From the NCBI GenBank assembly GCA_038253355.1, contig JBBSHF010000002.1, forward strand, positions 1 through 58,963: 58,963 nucleotides of DNA, read 5' to 3'. Both the position numbers and the translations under genes were made by a program. Shown here piece after piece: positions 13,965 to 24,987 of the stretch. The first letter of the stretch is position 1. Each line of letters begins with the position of its first letter. A model generated the notes under the pieces. It ran no database searches, was not told the origin of the DNA, and worked only from the letters and a program-made list of their open reading frames with translations. The stretch is from Candidatus Limnocylindria bacterium. GTDB lineage: Bacteria > Chloroflexota > Limnocylindria > QHBO01.

Positions 13965-15874
13965 CGCGCCGCGGCGGGCACTGGGGATCCGGACCGGAGC
14001 CGGATCTGACGGCACGTCCGGGCAGCGCGCGCCCAACGCTGCGGCGCATCGTCGCGTTCTTCTCTCCGTATCGCGGACGCCTGGCGGTCATCGCCTGCTC
14101 GATCGTGGTCACGGTCAGCATCGGTGTCGTCAACCCGATCCTGATCAAGCTGATCATCGACAACCTGCTCGGTCCGAGGGACTTCGGCCTGCTCTACCTG
14201 CAGACCGGGCTGATGATCGTGCTGCCGATCATCACCAGCCTCATCGGTGTCGGACAGTCGTACCTGTCGAACGTGGTCGGTCAGAACGTCATGAACGACC
14301 TGCGCCTGGCCCTCTACAGCCACCTGCAGTGGATGCCACTGCGCTTCTTCACCGAGACACGCACGGGCGAGATCCAGAGCAGGGTGGGAAACGACGTGAA
14401 CGGCGTGCAGTCGGTGGTGACCGATACCGCCGCTGCGCTGCTCTCGAACTTCGCGACGGTGACGACGACGGTCATCGCCATGCTGATCATCGACTGGCGG
14501 CTCACCGCGCTGAGCCTGGGCATGCTGCCGATCTTCGCCTACATCACCTACCGCGTCGGCAAGGTGCGGCGCCAGGTCTCGGCGCTGACCCAGCAGTCGA
14601 TGGCCGAGGTGAGCGCCATCACCGAAGAGTCGCTCTCCGTGTCGGGGATCCTGCTCTCGAAGACCTTCGGCCAGCAGCAGGCCTCCATCGACAGGTTCGG
14701 GCGCGAGTCGCGGCGGCTCGGCGACCTGCAGATCCGGCAGCAGATGATCGGCCGATGGTTCTTCGCCCTGATCGGCACCTTCTTCTCGATCAGCCCGGCG
14801 CTCGTCTACCTGCTTGCGGGGATCCTGATCATCGGTGGCGACCTGCGCATCACCATCGGCACGATCGTGGCCTTCACGACGCTGCAGTCGCGCCTCTTCT
14901 TCCCGATCGGGCAGCTGCTCGGCGTGCAGGTCGAGATCCAGGGCGCGCTGGCGCTCTTCGATCGCATCTTCGAGTACCTCGAGATGCCCCGCGAGATCAC
15001 TGACGCGCCCGACGCGGTCGCGCTTGACTCGTCACACGCCCGCGGTGACGTGGCATTCGAGCACGTCTCCTTCGGCTATCCGGTGGCCCCCGCCCAGGTC
15101 GCGGTGGCGAGCGAGGTGGCGGAGGCCGAGGCGAGTGGTCGCGCGGTTCCGACGGCGCTGCGTCCCTTCTCCCTGCAGGACGCCAGCTTCGGGGCGCGCT
15201 CCGGCCAGCTGGTGGCGCTGGTCGGGCCATCAGGGGCAGGCAAGACCACCACGACCTACTTGATCCCGCGGCTCTACGACGTGGACGCCGGTGCCGTGCG
15301 AATCGATGGCATTGACGTGCGCCACATCCGGCTGGAGTCGCTGGGACAGGTGATCGGCATGGTCACCCAGGAGACCTATCTGTTCAATACCAGCGTCGTC
15401 GACAACCTGCGCTACGCCAGGCCCGGCGCGACCATGGCCGAGATCGAGGACGCGGCGCGTGCGGCGGCGATCCACGATCGGGTCATGGAGCTGCCCGACG
15501 GCTACGACACTGTCGTGGGGGAGCGCGGCTACAAGCTGTCGGGAGGCGAGAAGCAGCGCGTGGCGATCGCCCGTGTCCTGCTCAAGAATCCACGCGTCCT
15601 GATCCTGGATGAGGCGACATCCGCACTCGACACGGTCAGCGAGCGGCTCATTCAGCTGGCCCTGGCGCGGCTGATGGAGGGCCGCACCACGATCGCCATC
15701 GCGCACCGCCTGTCCACGATCCTGCGCGCCGACCAGATCCTGGTCCTGGATCGCGGGCGCATCGTCGAGCGCGGCACGCACCAGGAGCTGCTGCGCCACG
15801 AGGGCCTCTACGCGCGCCTCTACCACGAGCAGTTCGTCTCGGGCATGACCGAGCCGACTGCCCGGGTGGTCTGA
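13961..15874 (+). CDS. ABC transporter, fused permease/ATP-binding exporter (MsbA-like)
   Basis: Six-TM domain followed by an NBD ([35 protein letters not shown]). Start set at the ATG in ATGA overlap with the upstream stop. Confidence 0.85.
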   Translation: MTRRGGHWGSGPEPDLTARPGSARPTLRRIVAFFSPYRGRLAVIACSIVVTVSIGVVNPILIKLIIDNLLGPRDFGLLYLQTGLMIVLPIITSLIGVGQSYLSNVVGQNVMNDLRLALYSHLQWMPLRFFTETRTGEIQSRVGNDVNGVQSVVTDTAAALLSNFATVTTTVIAMLIIDWRLTALSLGMLPIFAYITYRVGKVRRQVSALTQQSMAEVSAITEESLSVSGILLSKTFGQQQASIDRFGRESRRLGDLQIRQQMIGRWFFALIGTFFSISPALVYLLAGILIIGGDLRITIGTIVAFTTLQSRLFFPIGQLLGVQVEIQGALALFDRIFEYLEMPREITDAPDAVALDSSHARGDVAFEHVSFGYPVAPAQVAVASEVAEAEASGRAVPTALRPFSLQDASFGARSGQLVALVGPSGAGKTTTTYLIPRLYDVDAGAVRIDGIDVRHIRLESLGQVIGMVTQETYLFNTSVVDNLRYARPGATMAEIEDAARAAAIHDRVMELPDGYDTVVGERGYKLSGGEKQRVAIARVLLKNPRVLILDEATSALDTVSERLIQLALARLMEGRTTIAIAHRLSTILRADQILVLDRGRIVERGTHQELLRHEGLYARLYHEQFVSGMTEPTARVV

Positions 15875-15881
15875 TCCGGCG

Positions 15882-17939
15882 ATGCCAGATTCCGAGGCCA
15901 TCCACACCAACCGCCTCGCGGGCGAGACGAGTCCGTACCTGCTGCAGCACGCCCACAACCCGGTCGACTGGTATCCGTGGGGCCCCGAGGCGCTCGAGCG
16001 GGCGCGCGCCGAGGATCGGCCGATCTTCCTGTCGATTGGTTATTCGGCCTGCCACTGGTGCCACGTCATGGAGCGCGAGTCCTTCGAGGATCCGGCCATC
16101 GCGGCCCTCATGAACGAGCACTTCGTGAGCATCAAGGTTGACCGCGAGGAGCGCCCTGACCTCGACGACGTCTACATGGCGGCGGTGCAGGCGATGACCG
16201 GCAGCGGTGGTTGGCCGATGAGCGTCTTTCTGACCCCCGACCTGCAGCCCTTCTTCGGTGGGACCTACTTCCCGCCCCAGGACAAGCATGGCATGCCCGG
16301 CTTCCCGCGTGTTCTGGAGGGCGTATCGGCCGCCTATCGCGAGCGGCGCGACGAGGTAGTTGCGCAGGGGCGCGAGCTCGCCGCGCACATGCGCAACCAG
16401 CTCGAGGTGCGAGCTGGCAGCAGCGAGCCGCAACGCACGCAGCTGCAGGCAGCCGTCGGTCACCTGGCACAGCGCTTCGACGCCACCGGCGGCGGCTTCG
16501 ACGGTGCTCCCAAATTCCCGGCGCCGATGACCCTCGAGTTCCTGCTGCGATCCTGGCGAGAGACGCAGGACTCGCAGACGCGAAGGATGGTCACCGAGAC
16601 GCTCGACCGCATGGCGGACGGCGGGATTCACGACCAACTGGCCGGCGGGTTCGCGCGCTACAGCACCGACGCCCAGTGGCTGGTGCCGCATTTCGAGAAG
16701 ATGCTGTACGACAACGCGCTGCTGGCTCATTGCTATCTCGAGGCATTCCGCGCCTTTGGCATCGCACGGTATGCCCAGGTCGCGAACACCACGCTCGAAT
16801 TCATGGTGCGTGAGCTCCAGACCGATGCCGGCGGATTCGCCTCCGCACTCGACGCCGATACTCAGGGCGAGGAGGGCAGCTTCTACGTCTGGTCACACGA
16901 AGAGTTCAGCCTGGTCCTGCACGACGCCGGGCTTGGCCCAGACGAGGTCGCGGTGCTGGCCAGCTACTGGGACGTGACGCCGTCCGGCAACTGGGAGGGG
17001 CGCTCGATTCTGCACGTGAGCGGGCCAGCACCACCCCACGAGCTGGTGGCTCGCGGACGCGAAGCGCTGCTGAAGGCCCGGCAGCGGCGCACGCGGCCGG
17101 GTCGGGACGGCAAGCAGCTCGCCGCCTGGAACGGCATGGCGCTGCGTGCCGTGGCGACCGGCTCGCTGCTGCTCGGTGAGGACCGCTACGCCCAGGCGAC
17201 GCGGCAGCTCACCGAGTTCGTCCGGCGCGACCTGCTGCGCGAGGACGCCCGGTTATGGCGCACGGCACGTGAAGGGACAGCGCACACCCCCGCATTCTGT
17301 GAGGACTACGCGAACCTCGCCGACGGCCTGCTGGCGGCCCATGCGGCGCTCGGCGCGGCCGACGACCTACTGCTCGCACGCGCGCTGATGGACCGAGCGA
17401 TCGCCGACTTCTGGGACGATGCATCAGGGACCTTCTTTAACACCGGCCCGCAGCATCAGGTCGCCGTGGTGCGGCCGCGCTCCCTGATCGATTCGGCCAC
17501 GCCGGCCGCGAACTCGGTCGCCGCCGACGTGCTGCTGCGCCTGGCGCTGGTCACCGGCGAGGTCGATTACGACCGACGTGCTCGGGCGATCCTGCGCGCG
17601 GTTGCGCCGGTCCTCGAGCGACAGCCGCTGATGTTCGGTCGGATGCTGTGCGCCGTCGATCGGTCGCTCTCGCAACCCAGCGACGCGGTGATCGCGGCAG
17701 GCGCCATGGCGGACGCCGAAGCGCTGCGTCGTGCCGTGGCTCGTCCCTACGCGCCCGATCTGGTGATCGCCTCGATCGAGCCCGGCTCGCCGCTTGCCGC
17801 CTGGACGATCTTCGTCGACAAGATTCCCCGCCATGCGGCGCCGACCGCCTACATTTGCCGCGGCTATGCCTGCGAGGCCCCGACCGCCGACCCGCATGAA
17901 GCCGCAGCCCAGGTCGAGCGAATGGCGACGGCAGGCTGA
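15882..17939 (+). CDS. thioredoxin-domain (DUF255/YyaL-like) protein
   Basis: [25 protein letters not shown]...[24 protein letters not shown] is the DUF255 signature. An alpha/alpha-toroid-like C-terminal region follows. Confidence 0.85.
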   Translation: MPDSEAIHTNRLAGETSPYLLQHAHNPVDWYPWGPEALERARAEDRPIFLSIGYSACHWCHVMERESFEDPAIAALMNEHFVSIKVDREERPDLDDVYMAAVQAMTGSGGWPMSVFLTPDLQPFFGGTYFPPQDKHGMPGFPRVLEGVSAAYRERRDEVVAQGRELAAHMRNQLEVRAGSSEPQRTQLQAAVGHLAQRFDATGGGFDGAPKFPAPMTLEFLLRSWRETQDSQTRRMVTETLDRMADGGIHDQLAGGFARYSTDAQWLVPHFEKMLYDNALLAHCYLEAFRAFGIARYAQVANTTLEFMVRELQTDAGGFASALDADTQGEEGSFYVWSHEEFSLVLHDAGLGPDEVAVLASYWDVTPSGNWEGRSILHVSGPAPPHELVARGREALLKARQRRTRPGRDGKQLAAWNGMALRAVATGSLLLGEDRYAQATRQLTEFVRRDLLREDARLWRTAREGTAHTPAFCEDYANLADGLLAAHAALGAADDLLLARALMDRAIADFWDDASGTFFNTGPQHQVAVVRPRSLIDSATPAANSVAADVLLRLALVTGEVDYDRRARAILRAVAPVLERQPLMFGRMLCAVDRSLSQPSDAVIAAGAMADAEALRRAVARPYAPDLVIASIEPGSPLAAWTIFVDKIPRHAAPTAYICRGYACEAPTADPHEAAAQVERMATAG

Positions 17940-17940
17940 G

Positions 17941-18354
17941 TCAGCCGGGGAGGAACGAGAGCAGGACCCGACGCCCTGAGTGATCGAGGTTTGGGTCCAG
18001 CAGGCCGACCGACTGCCAGGTGCCCAGCGCCATCCGTCCGCCGAGCACCGGAATATCGATCGACGGCGGCACAAGCAGCGGCAGGACATGGTCCGCGCCG
18101 TGACCCGCCGAACCGTGCGCGTGGCGCCAGCGGGCGTCGCGGGGGAGCAGCCGATCGAGGGTCTCCATCAGGTCGACGTCAGAGCCCGAGCCGAGCTCCA
18201 TGACAAGCACGCCCGCGGTGGCATGTGGCACGAAGACGTTGAGCAGCCCATCGCGCTCTGCGGCGACATCGGCCAGGAAGCGGCTGCAGGCATCGGTCAG
18301 GTCGAAGACGCCCCGACGGGCGCCCGTCTCAACCTCGACCTGGCGGTTCTCCAC
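17941..18354 (-). CDS. YjbQ/UPF0047 family (secondary thiamine-phosphate synthase-like) protein
   Basis: HATAGVLVMELGSGSD...GHGADHVLPLL...LGTWQSVGLLD pattern. GTG start 6 nt after a minus-strand TAGGCT. Confidence 0.75.
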   Translation of the reverse strand: MENRQVEVETGARRGVFDLTDACSRFLADVAAERDGLLNVFVPHATAGVLVMELGSGSDVDLMETLDRLLPRDARWRHAHGSAGHGADHVLPLLVPPSIDIPVLGGRMALGTWQSVGLLDPNLDHSGRRVLLSFLPG

Positions 18355-18360
18355 CGTGTC

Positions 18361-18380
18361 AGCCTAGCACCGGCTATCAT
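18361..18380. promoter_or_regulatory. back-to-back -10 boxes: TAGGCT (minus, for yjbQ-like) and TATCAT (plus, for the LCP gene)
   Basis: agccta at 18361-18366 lies 6 nt from the GTG at 18354. TATCAT at 18375-18380 lies 8 nt from the ATG at 18389. Confidence 0.4.
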
Positions 18381-18388
18381 CGGCGCCG

Positions 18389-19354
18389 ATGATTCGATCC
18401 CGCCCCGCCGCCACGCTGGTGGCCCTGTCGATCGCGGCCATCCTCGCCGCATGCAGCGCCGCGCCCTCGCCGACATCCACTCCGAGCCCCACGCCCAGCG
18501 CGTCGCCCACGGCGAGCCCCACGCCCAGCGCGTCACCCACGCCGACGCCGAGCCCCACCCCGGTGCCGCTCGATCAGGCGTTGCTCAACAAGCGTCTCAC
18601 CGTGCTGCTGATGGGTTTCGACTCGAACCCCGATCGCGCGTCTCGGAACATGCCGGCCAACACGGACACGATGATTGTCGCCAGCGTCGACGCCAAGCAC
18701 ACCCGGATCGCCACGGTCGCCCTGCCCCGCGATACCATCGATCTGCCGCTGGCCGGAGGTGGCATCTGGAGCCTGAAGGCGAACGCGTTGGTGCGCTGGC
18801 GGGGTCCGGACGCATTGGTCGGCGCCCTGGAGGCCGCCTACGGGATTCACATCGACGGCTACATGGCGATCAACATGTCCGACTTCGGCAGGCTGGTGAA
18901 CGCCGTCGGCGGCGTCGATGTCATGGTGCCCTACGCGCTGTATGACCCGGCGATCGGCCTCAATCTGCCGCCTGGGCGCCAGCATCTCGACGGCAACAAC
19001 GCCAGTCGCTACGTGCGCACTCGGCACCAGGACAGCGACTATGCGCGTGGTGGCCGCCAGCAGCAGGTCCTCCTGGCGCTCACCCGTAAGCTGCTGGATC
19101 CGAAGACGAGGGTCAGTATTCCCAAGCTGGTTCGGGGGTTCAGCTCCGTGCGCACCAACCTGCCGCTCGCCAAGCTTCCGACATTCATTGAGATCGGGCG
19201 TCGCAGCCTGAGGGCCAAGGTGACCAGCATGGAACTTGCTCCGCCGCGCTTCGCGCTGTTCCAGGGTCTCGATCCGAGCCGCGGCGGCGAGTGGGTCATG
19301 CGGCCCAATATCGCCGAAATGCGTGCCTACGTCCGCAGCGTGATGGCTGACTAG
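18389..19354 (+). CDS. LytR-CpsA-Psr (LCP) family protein with lipoprotein-like signal and Pro/Thr/Ser linker
   Basis: LAAC lipobox, SPTPSASPT linker, then LLMGFDS...NTDTMIVASVD...ALPRDT, the LCP core. Confidence 0.8.
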   Translation: MIRSRPAATLVALSIAAILAACSAAPSPTSTPSPTPSASPTASPTPSASPTPTPSPTPVPLDQALLNKRLTVLLMGFDSNPDRASRNMPANTDTMIVASVDAKHTRIATVALPRDTIDLPLAGGGIWSLKANALVRWRGPDALVGALEAAYGIHIDGYMAINMSDFGRLVNAVGGVDVMVPYALYDPAIGLNLPPGRQHLDGNNASRYVRTRHQDSDYARGGRQQQVLLALTRKLLDPKTRVSIPKLVRGFSSVRTNLPLAKLPTFIEIGRRSLRAKVTSMELAPPRFALFQGLDPSRGGEWVMRPNIAEMRAYVRSVMAD

Positions 19355-19373
19355 CCGAAGCGGGCAGCCCGGG

Positions 19374-19766
19374 TCAGGCCGTCGAGCCCGGCGTGCGCGT
19401 CCCACAGCGATAGCAGGCCTCGTCCGCCGCGCGAATGGTGGTGCCGCATTTCGCGCAGTCGACCATCAGGTCGCCCTCGCAGCGCGGGCAGAAGCGGGCG
19501 CCCGGCGGGAACTGCAGGCCATCGACCGGGCAGTAGGCGACCCCGCGAGGCGCCTCGACCACCCCATCGGGTGCGCGCTGCAGTCGGATCGCCTGACCTG
19601 CGCTGCCACCCTCCGGCCCGATGCCGACCTGCGAGACACGCAGGTAGCCGGCGACCAGCCAGAGCAGGTACACAGCGATGAGTCCCAGTAGCAGAAATGG
19701 GAAGATCGTGACGAGCGTGGTGGCGCTGTCCCTGGCGATCCATTCGATCGCGCCCTTGATGTCCAT
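19374..19766 (-). CDS. membrane-anchored zinc-ribbon protein, hypothetical
   Basis: One TM helix. The C-terminus has CPVDG..CPRC..CAKCG..CYRCG double zinc-ribbon spacing. Confidence 0.6.
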   Translation of the reverse strand: MDIKGAIEWIARDSATTLVTIFPFLLLGLIAVYLLWLVAGYLRVSQVGIGPEGGSAGQAIRLQRAPDGVVEAPRGVAYCPVDGLQFPPGARFCPRCEGDLMVDCAKCGTTIRAADEACYRCGTRTPGSTA

Positions 19767-19877
19767 GGCCGGCCGATTCTACATCGGCGTCCGGAGCGGC
19801 GAGCGGCGTGCGGGCGCCCGCGCAGCATGGCCGCCGCTGGTACACTCCGGCCAACTCGCAGACTCCGCGAAAGGTCC

Positions 19878-20951
19878 ATGCCCCGGCCCAGACTCGATCC
19901 CCGGACGCCGCTCACCGAGCTCCACGTGCACCTCGGAGCGGCCGTCACGCCAGCGATCATGTGGGGCATCGCGCACGCGCAAGGCATCCGACTGCCGACC
20001 AAGGACTTCTGGGCGTTTCGCGACCTGATCACCGTCGGTCGGCAGCAGCGCAGCTTCCAGGCCTACCTCGACCTCTTTCACTGGACGGAGCTCATCCAGT
20101 CGAGTCCCACGGCCGTCGAGCGGAGTGTCTACGAGGTCATCGGCGGAGCCTACCGCAAGAACAACATCACCGAGATCGAGCTGCGCTTCAATCCCATGAA
20201 GCGCAACCGCGGCGGCGAGCAGGACCTCGACCACATCATCGCCGCGGCCGTGCGCGGCATGGACCGCGCCGTGCTGGAATATCCGCAGGTGCGCGCCGGC
20301 CTGATCTTCTGCCTCGACCGTGGCTTCTCGGTCGAGCTCAACGAGATCATCGCGGCCAAGGCGATCAGCTGGCGCAGCCGTGGCGTCGTGGCCGTCGATA
20401 TCGCCGGACCGGTGGTCGATTCGTTCCGCTTCGCCGACTATCGGCAGATCTTCGCCGAGTGCCGTCGGGCCGGCCTGGGCGTCACCGTGCACGCGGGGGA
20501 GACCGGCGGAGCCGACGAGGTGCGCGAAGCGGTCGAGGCACTCGAGCCGTCGCGCATCGGTCACGGCATCAACAGCGCCGGCGACCCGGTGGTCATGGGC
20601 CTGCTGCGTGAGCGCGGCATCGTCCTGGAGGTCTGCCCCAGCTCGAACCTCAACACCGGGGTGGTGCACGACCTGGGCCAGGTCCGCTCCCTGCTGCGTA
20701 GCCTGATCGAGCACGACGTCGCCTTTGCCATCTCGACCGATGGGCCCGAGATGCTGCGCTCGACGCTGCGCAGCGAGTTCAATCTTCTGCTGCGCAACGA
20801 AATCCTGTCGCTCGACGAGGTGCATCGGGCGATCGGCACCGCCCACCGTGCCAGCTTCGTGGACCGCGCCCCGAAATTGCAGCCGACCTTGCTGCCGCTG
20901 GAGTCGCCGCCTGCCGATCGTGCGTCGATCGGCATCGGGATGGGCGTTTAG
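19878..20951 (+). CDS. adenosine/AMP deaminase family protein (divergent paralog)
   Basis: ELHVHLGAAV, TVHAGE, RIGHG and STDGP metal-dependent deaminase motifs. The start (19827 or 19878) is uncertain. Confidence 0.7.
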   Translation: MPRPRLDPRTPLTELHVHLGAAVTPAIMWGIAHAQGIRLPTKDFWAFRDLITVGRQQRSFQAYLDLFHWTELIQSSPTAVERSVYEVIGGAYRKNNITEIELRFNPMKRNRGGEQDLDHIIAAAVRGMDRAVLEYPQVRAGLIFCLDRGFSVELNEIIAAKAISWRSRGVVAVDIAGPVVDSFRFADYRQIFAECRRAGLGVTVHAGETGGADEVREAVEALEPSRIGHGINSAGDPVVMGLLRERGIVLEVCPSSNLNTGVVHDLGQVRSLLRSLIEHDVAFAISTDGPEMLRSTLRSEFNLLLRNEILSLDEVHRAIGTAHRASFVDRAPKLQPTLLPLESPPADRASIGIGMGV

Positions 20952-20969
20952 GCCGATATACTGCCGGCC

Positions 20970-21830
20970 GTGTCATCGATCTGGCGACCGGTCCGAGAGC
21001 GCAACCCCGCGCGGAGCCTACTGATCGTCGTCGCGCATCCGGGCGATGAGGCGTTCGGTTTTGGCGGGGCGATAGCCACTGCCGCTGCGGCGGGCGCATA
21101 TGTCGTGGTGCTGTGTGCCACGCGCGGCTTCTTCGACCCGCGCTTGCTCGACAAGGCGCCGGCCCCCGGCGGTCGCAACCGCTCGTACATGAAGCCGGTT
21201 GTCTGGCGCAACCTCGACACCGTCCGCGAGGACGAGCTGCGACGCTCGGTGTCTCTCCTGGGGGTGCGCGTGCTGCGCATGCTCGACTACGCCGAGGGCG
21301 AGCTGCCATCGGTCGATCCGGACGAGCTGGTCGGCCGCATCGTGCAGCCGATTCGGATGCATCGGCCGGAGGTGATCCTGACCTTCGGACCGGACGGTGT
21401 CACGCGCGATGCGGATCACGTGGCGCTCTCGGCAGCGGTGAGCCTCGCCTTCGACCGGGCCGCCGAGCCGCTCGACTACGAAGACGACCTCGAAGAGGAC
21501 CAGGTGGCCTGGCGCGCGGCCAAGCTCTACCAGCTGGTCGTGCCACCCTCGCAGCTGGCCGGCCTCGCCGCCCGAGCGCCCGATGCCTACGGAACCGCGC
21601 AGGAGTCGGAGACGCTCAGCCTGGAGCTCGGCGAGCTGGCGCAGCTCAAGCTGGCGGCGATCGATCGCCACATCTCGCAGACCGGCTCCGCCGGAGCCTT
21701 CAGCGACTGGCCGGCCGATGCACGCGAGCACTACCTGGCCACCGAGTCGTATCGGCTGGTGCAGTCCAACCTGCCGGTGCCGGTGGGCGTCGAGTCAGCC
21801 GAGGCCGGGCTCTTCGACGGGCTGCTCTAG
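20970..21830 (+). CDS. PIG-L family deacetylase
   Basis: LLIVVAHPGDEAFGFGGAIA and DADH motifs. Confidence 0.75.
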   Translation: MSSIWRPVRERNPARSLLIVVAHPGDEAFGFGGAIATAAAAGAYVVVLCATRGFFDPRLLDKAPAPGGRNRSYMKPVVWRNLDTVREDELRRSVSLLGVRVLRMLDYAEGELPSVDPDELVGRIVQPIRMHRPEVILTFGPDGVTRDADHVALSAAVSLAFDRAAEPLDYEDDLEEDQVAWRAAKLYQLVVPPSQLAGLAARAPDAYGTAQESETLSLELGELAQLKLAAIDRHISQTGSAGAFSDWPADAREHYLATESYRLVQSNLPVPVGVESAEAGLFDGLL

Positions 21831-21845
21831 CTCAAACGGTCCCTG

Positions 21846-21865
21846 GGCTCAACATGGGTTGAGCC
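21846..21865. terminator. short hairpin GGCTCAAC-atgg-GTTGAGCC
   Basis: A perfect 8-bp stem 16 nt after the stop at 21830. Confidence 0.35.
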
Positions 21866-21939
21866 ACGGCGCAGCGTTTGTCTGCTAGGCTCGATGGGAG
21901 TTCACTCATCGGTACACGAAAGGAAGCCGTGAGCTTCGC

Positions 21940-23055
21940 ATGCCCGAGATGCTGACCAACGAGAACATCATGACCGCCATGGGGCGCGTCAAGGACCCCG
22001 AGATCGGGCGCGATCTGGTCTCGCTGGGAATGATCAAGTCGATCGAGATCAGCGGCAGCACGGTCGACATGACCGTCGAGCTGACCACGCCGGCGTGTCC
22101 GCTGAAAGCCAAGATCGAGTCCGAGATCGTCGTCGAGCTGGAGGGCCTGGGCGCCACCGCCGTGCGGGTGGACTGGGCGTCGAACGTCAAGCGCTCGTTC
22201 GGCGGGCCGGCCGCCGACCTGATCCCCGGCGTGCGCAACACCATTGCGGTCGCATCGGGCAAGGGCGGTGTCGGCAAGACCACCGTGGCGGTCAACCTGG
22301 CGGTCTCGCTGGCGCGCGACGGCGCCCGGGTGGGGCTGCTCGACGCCGACATCACCGGGCCGAACGTGCCGCTGATGATGGGCACCGGCAGTGCCCATGT
22401 GACGGGCAACGGTGGCCGCGTCAACCCGGTGACCAGTCACGGCGTGCAGATGATGAGCATCCAGTACTTCCTGACCGGCGACGCCCCGGTGATCTGGCGC
22501 GGACCGTTGATCCACTCTGCGATCCAGCAGTTCCTGCGCGATGTCGAGTGGGGCGAGCTCGACTACCTGGTGGTCGACCTGCCGCCGGGGACCGGCGACG
22601 CCGTGCTCTCGCTCTCGCAGCTCATTCCGCTGACCGGCGCGGTGGTGGTCACCACCCCCCAGGAGGTCGCGCTGCTCGACGCCCGCAAGGCGATCGCCAT
22701 GTTCAACAAGGTGAACGTGCGGACCCTGGGCGTGGTCGAGAACATGAGCGGCTTCATCTGCCCGAACTGCCGCGAGGAGCACGACATCTTCGGCTCCGGC
22801 GGGGGCAGCAAGATCGCGCGTGAGCTGGAGCTCGAGGTGCTGGGCCGCATTCCGCTCGAGCCGGGCGTGCGCACCGGTGGTGACGCCGGCGTGCCGATCA
22901 CCTCGACGCAGTATCCGGGCGCGGAGGATTCGGCTGCGGCTGCGGCGCTGCGCGAGCTGGCGCGGACCGTCGCCGGCCGGGTCAGCGTGGTGGCGGCGCC
23001 CTTCGCCAGCGCGTCGCTGGTGGCCGCCGGCGGCGTCGCAACCGCGAGCCGTTAG
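21940..23055 (+). CDS. Mrp/NBP35 (ApbC-like) iron-sulfur cluster carrier ATPase with N-terminal DUF59
   Basis: DUF59-like VKDPEIGRDLVSLGMI, a deviant Walker A SGKGGVGKTT, and CPNC. Confidence 0.85.
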   Translation: MPEMLTNENIMTAMGRVKDPEIGRDLVSLGMIKSIEISGSTVDMTVELTTPACPLKAKIESEIVVELEGLGATAVRVDWASNVKRSFGGPAADLIPGVRNTIAVASGKGGVGKTTVAVNLAVSLARDGARVGLLDADITGPNVPLMMGTGSAHVTGNGGRVNPVTSHGVQMMSIQYFLTGDAPVIWRGPLIHSAIQQFLRDVEWGELDYLVVDLPPGTGDAVLSLSQLIPLTGAVVVTTPQEVALLDARKAIAMFNKVNVRTLGVVENMSGFICPNCREEHDIFGSGGGSKIARELELEVLGRIPLEPGVRTGGDAGVPITSTQYPGAEDSAAAAALRELARTVAGRVSVVAAPFASASLVAAGGVATASR

Positions 23056-23094
23056 ACGGACCGATGTACGGAGCCACGGTCGCCGATTAGGGGA

Positions 23095-23122
23095 TTGCCC
23101 AGCAACCTGCCGAGCATAGACT
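23095..23122 (+). promoter_or_regulatory. candidate promoter TTGCCC-16-TAGACT, 7 nt before the ATG at 23130 (leaderless-type)
   Basis: Read directly. Confidence 0.4.
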
Positions 23123-23129
23123 CCGCGGC

Positions 23130-23864
23130 ATGCGCATCGCCGTCGTCGCTGATCTGCACGCGAATCTGCACGCGCTGCGCGCCGTCCTCGACGACGTGGC
23201 CAGGATCGGCTGCGACGCGATCTGGTGCGCCGGAGACGTGGTCGGGCGTGGCCCACATCCCAACGAGGTCGTCGAGCTGCTGCGCGGGCTCGACGTTCCC
23301 ACCGTGCAGGGCAACTGGGACGAGGCGGTGGGCATGGACCGCGAGCATGCCGGTGCCCTGTGGGCCACTGCCGAGGGCGAGGCGCAGGGTGAGGCCTCGC
23401 TGGCCTGGACGAAGCAGAACATCACCGAGGAAAATCGCACCTGGCTGCGCAACCTGCCGACCAGCGCGCGTTTCAACGTCGACGGTCGATCAGTGCTTCT
23501 CTTCCACGGCTCACCGTTCAAGCAGACGGAATACCTCTGGGCGAACAGGCCGTCTCGCTATTTCGCGCGCATCGCCAGCGACGAGGCCGATGATTTGTTC
23601 TGCTTCGGGCATACCCACGAGAGCTTCCATCGGGTGGTTGGCCAGAGCCATTTCGTGGCGTCGGGCTCGGTCGGGTGCGGTCTGGACGGCGATTCGCGCG
23701 CTCGATACGCGGTGATCTACGTCGGCCAGCCCGATGTGGTGGTCGGCTTCCGCAGCATCGACTACGACCACGCGCCGGTGGTGCGTGACCTCGCGGCGGC
23801 GGGCCTGCCGCTGGACCTGCTGCGCGTGGCGCCCGTCTCGCACCCGCTGGAGGCCGCCAGCTGA
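23130..23864 (+). CDS. metallophosphoesterase (YfcE/MJ0936-like)
   Basis: VVADLHAN, AGDVVGRG, QGNWD, FHGSP and FGHTH motifs. Confidence 0.75.
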   Translation: MRIAVVADLHANLHALRAVLDDVARIGCDAIWCAGDVVGRGPHPNEVVELLRGLDVPTVQGNWDEAVGMDREHAGALWATAEGEAQGEASLAWTKQNITEENRTWLRNLPTSARFNVDGRSVLLFHGSPFKQTEYLWANRPSRYFARIASDEADDLFCFGHTHESFHRVVGQSHFVASGSVGCGLDGDSRARYAVIYVGQPDVVVGFRSIDYDHAPVVRDLAAAGLPLDLLRVAPVSHPLEAAS

Positions 23865-23892
23865 CCCAGGGCGTGCCTGCGTGGAGCGAGCG

Positions 23893-24987
23893 TCAGGCGG
23901 CCTTCGTTTCGCGCTCGTAGGGCTGTCCATCGGCCGCCGGTGGCGTGCTGCGGCCCACGACCCCGGCCAGCACGATGATCGTCACGATGTACGGCAGGGC
24001 AGTGAACACCTGGGCGGGGATGGTGGTCAGCATGACACCGAGGTCGCCGACCGGCGGAGACTGGCGAATCGCGGTGCCGAGTGCATCCGCGAGGCCGAAG
24101 AGGAGCGCTGCACCGACCGCGCCGATGGGTGTCCATCGGCCGAAGATGAGGGCTGCAAGAGCGATGAAGCCCCGCCCGTTGGTCATGCCGCTCTGGAAAG
24201 AGTTGCCATACTCGATGGTGAACCAGGCGCCGGCCAGCCCTGCCAGCAGGCCGCCGAGCAGCACGTTGCGGTAGCGCAGGGCGATGACGTTGATGCCCAC
24301 CGTCTCGGCGGCGCGCGGATGCTCGCCCACGGCACGCGTGCGCAGCCCCCAGCGCGACCGGTACAGCAGGATCTGCAGGACGACGACCACGACGAGCATC
24401 GAGAGGGTGATCGGGCCGTGCTCCAGGAACGTCTCCATCAGCCAGCCAACCACCGGGATACTGATCACGCCAGCCGGGAAGGTGAGGCTGTCGAAGTTCC
24501 CTGCCGTGGCCGGCGAGTTCTGGCTGATCAGCAGACCAAGGTAACCGGTGATACCCAGCCCGGCGATGTTGATGATGGTGCCGGAGATGATCTGGTCGGC
24601 ACGCACGCTGATCGAAAGCCAGGCGTGGACGGCCGAGACCAGAACGCCGGCCACCAGGGCGGCGATCAGCCCGACCAGCAGCGGCAACGTGATGCCAAGT
24701 GGTCCGGCGGTGGCGGGCAGGACCGGGACAACCAGTGCCGCGACCCACCAGGCGGCGAAGGCGGCGACGATCATCATCCCCTCGATGCCGATGTTCACCA
24801 CGCCGCTGCGCTCGTTCATGAAGCCGCACAGCGCGCCCAGCCCGATCGGCGTGGCAACGGTCACGATCAGCCCGCCATTCTCGATCATGACCTGGACCAG
24901 GTAGGCCACGAATTGCAGCAGCAGGCCGATGACGGGGAAATGAAGAATGAACTCCATCGGTTGGCTACGGCGTCGTCTGTCCGCCAT
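23893..24987 (-). CDS. ABC transporter permease (BMP/nucleoside-type importer)
   Basis: Polytopic BPD_transp_2-like protein, last gene of the operon. The start (24987 or 24957) is uncertain. Confidence 0.8.
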   Translation of the reverse strand: MADRRRRSQPMEFILHFPVIGLLLQFVAYLVQVMIENGGLIVTVATPIGLGALCGFMNERSGVVNIGIEGMMIVAAFAAWWVAALVVPVLPATAGPLGITLPLLVGLIAALVAGVLVSAVHAWLSISVRADQIISGTIINIAGLGITGYLGLLISQNSPATAGNFDSLTFPAGVISIPVVGWLMETFLEHGPITLSMLVVVVVLQILLYRSRWGLRTRAVGEHPRAAETVGINVIALRYRNVLLGGLLAGLAGAWFTIEYGNSFQSGMTNGRGFIALAALIFGRWTPIGAVGAALLFGLADALGTAIRQSPPVGDLGVMLTTIPAQVFTALPYIVTIIVLAGVVGRSTPPAADGQPYERETKAA

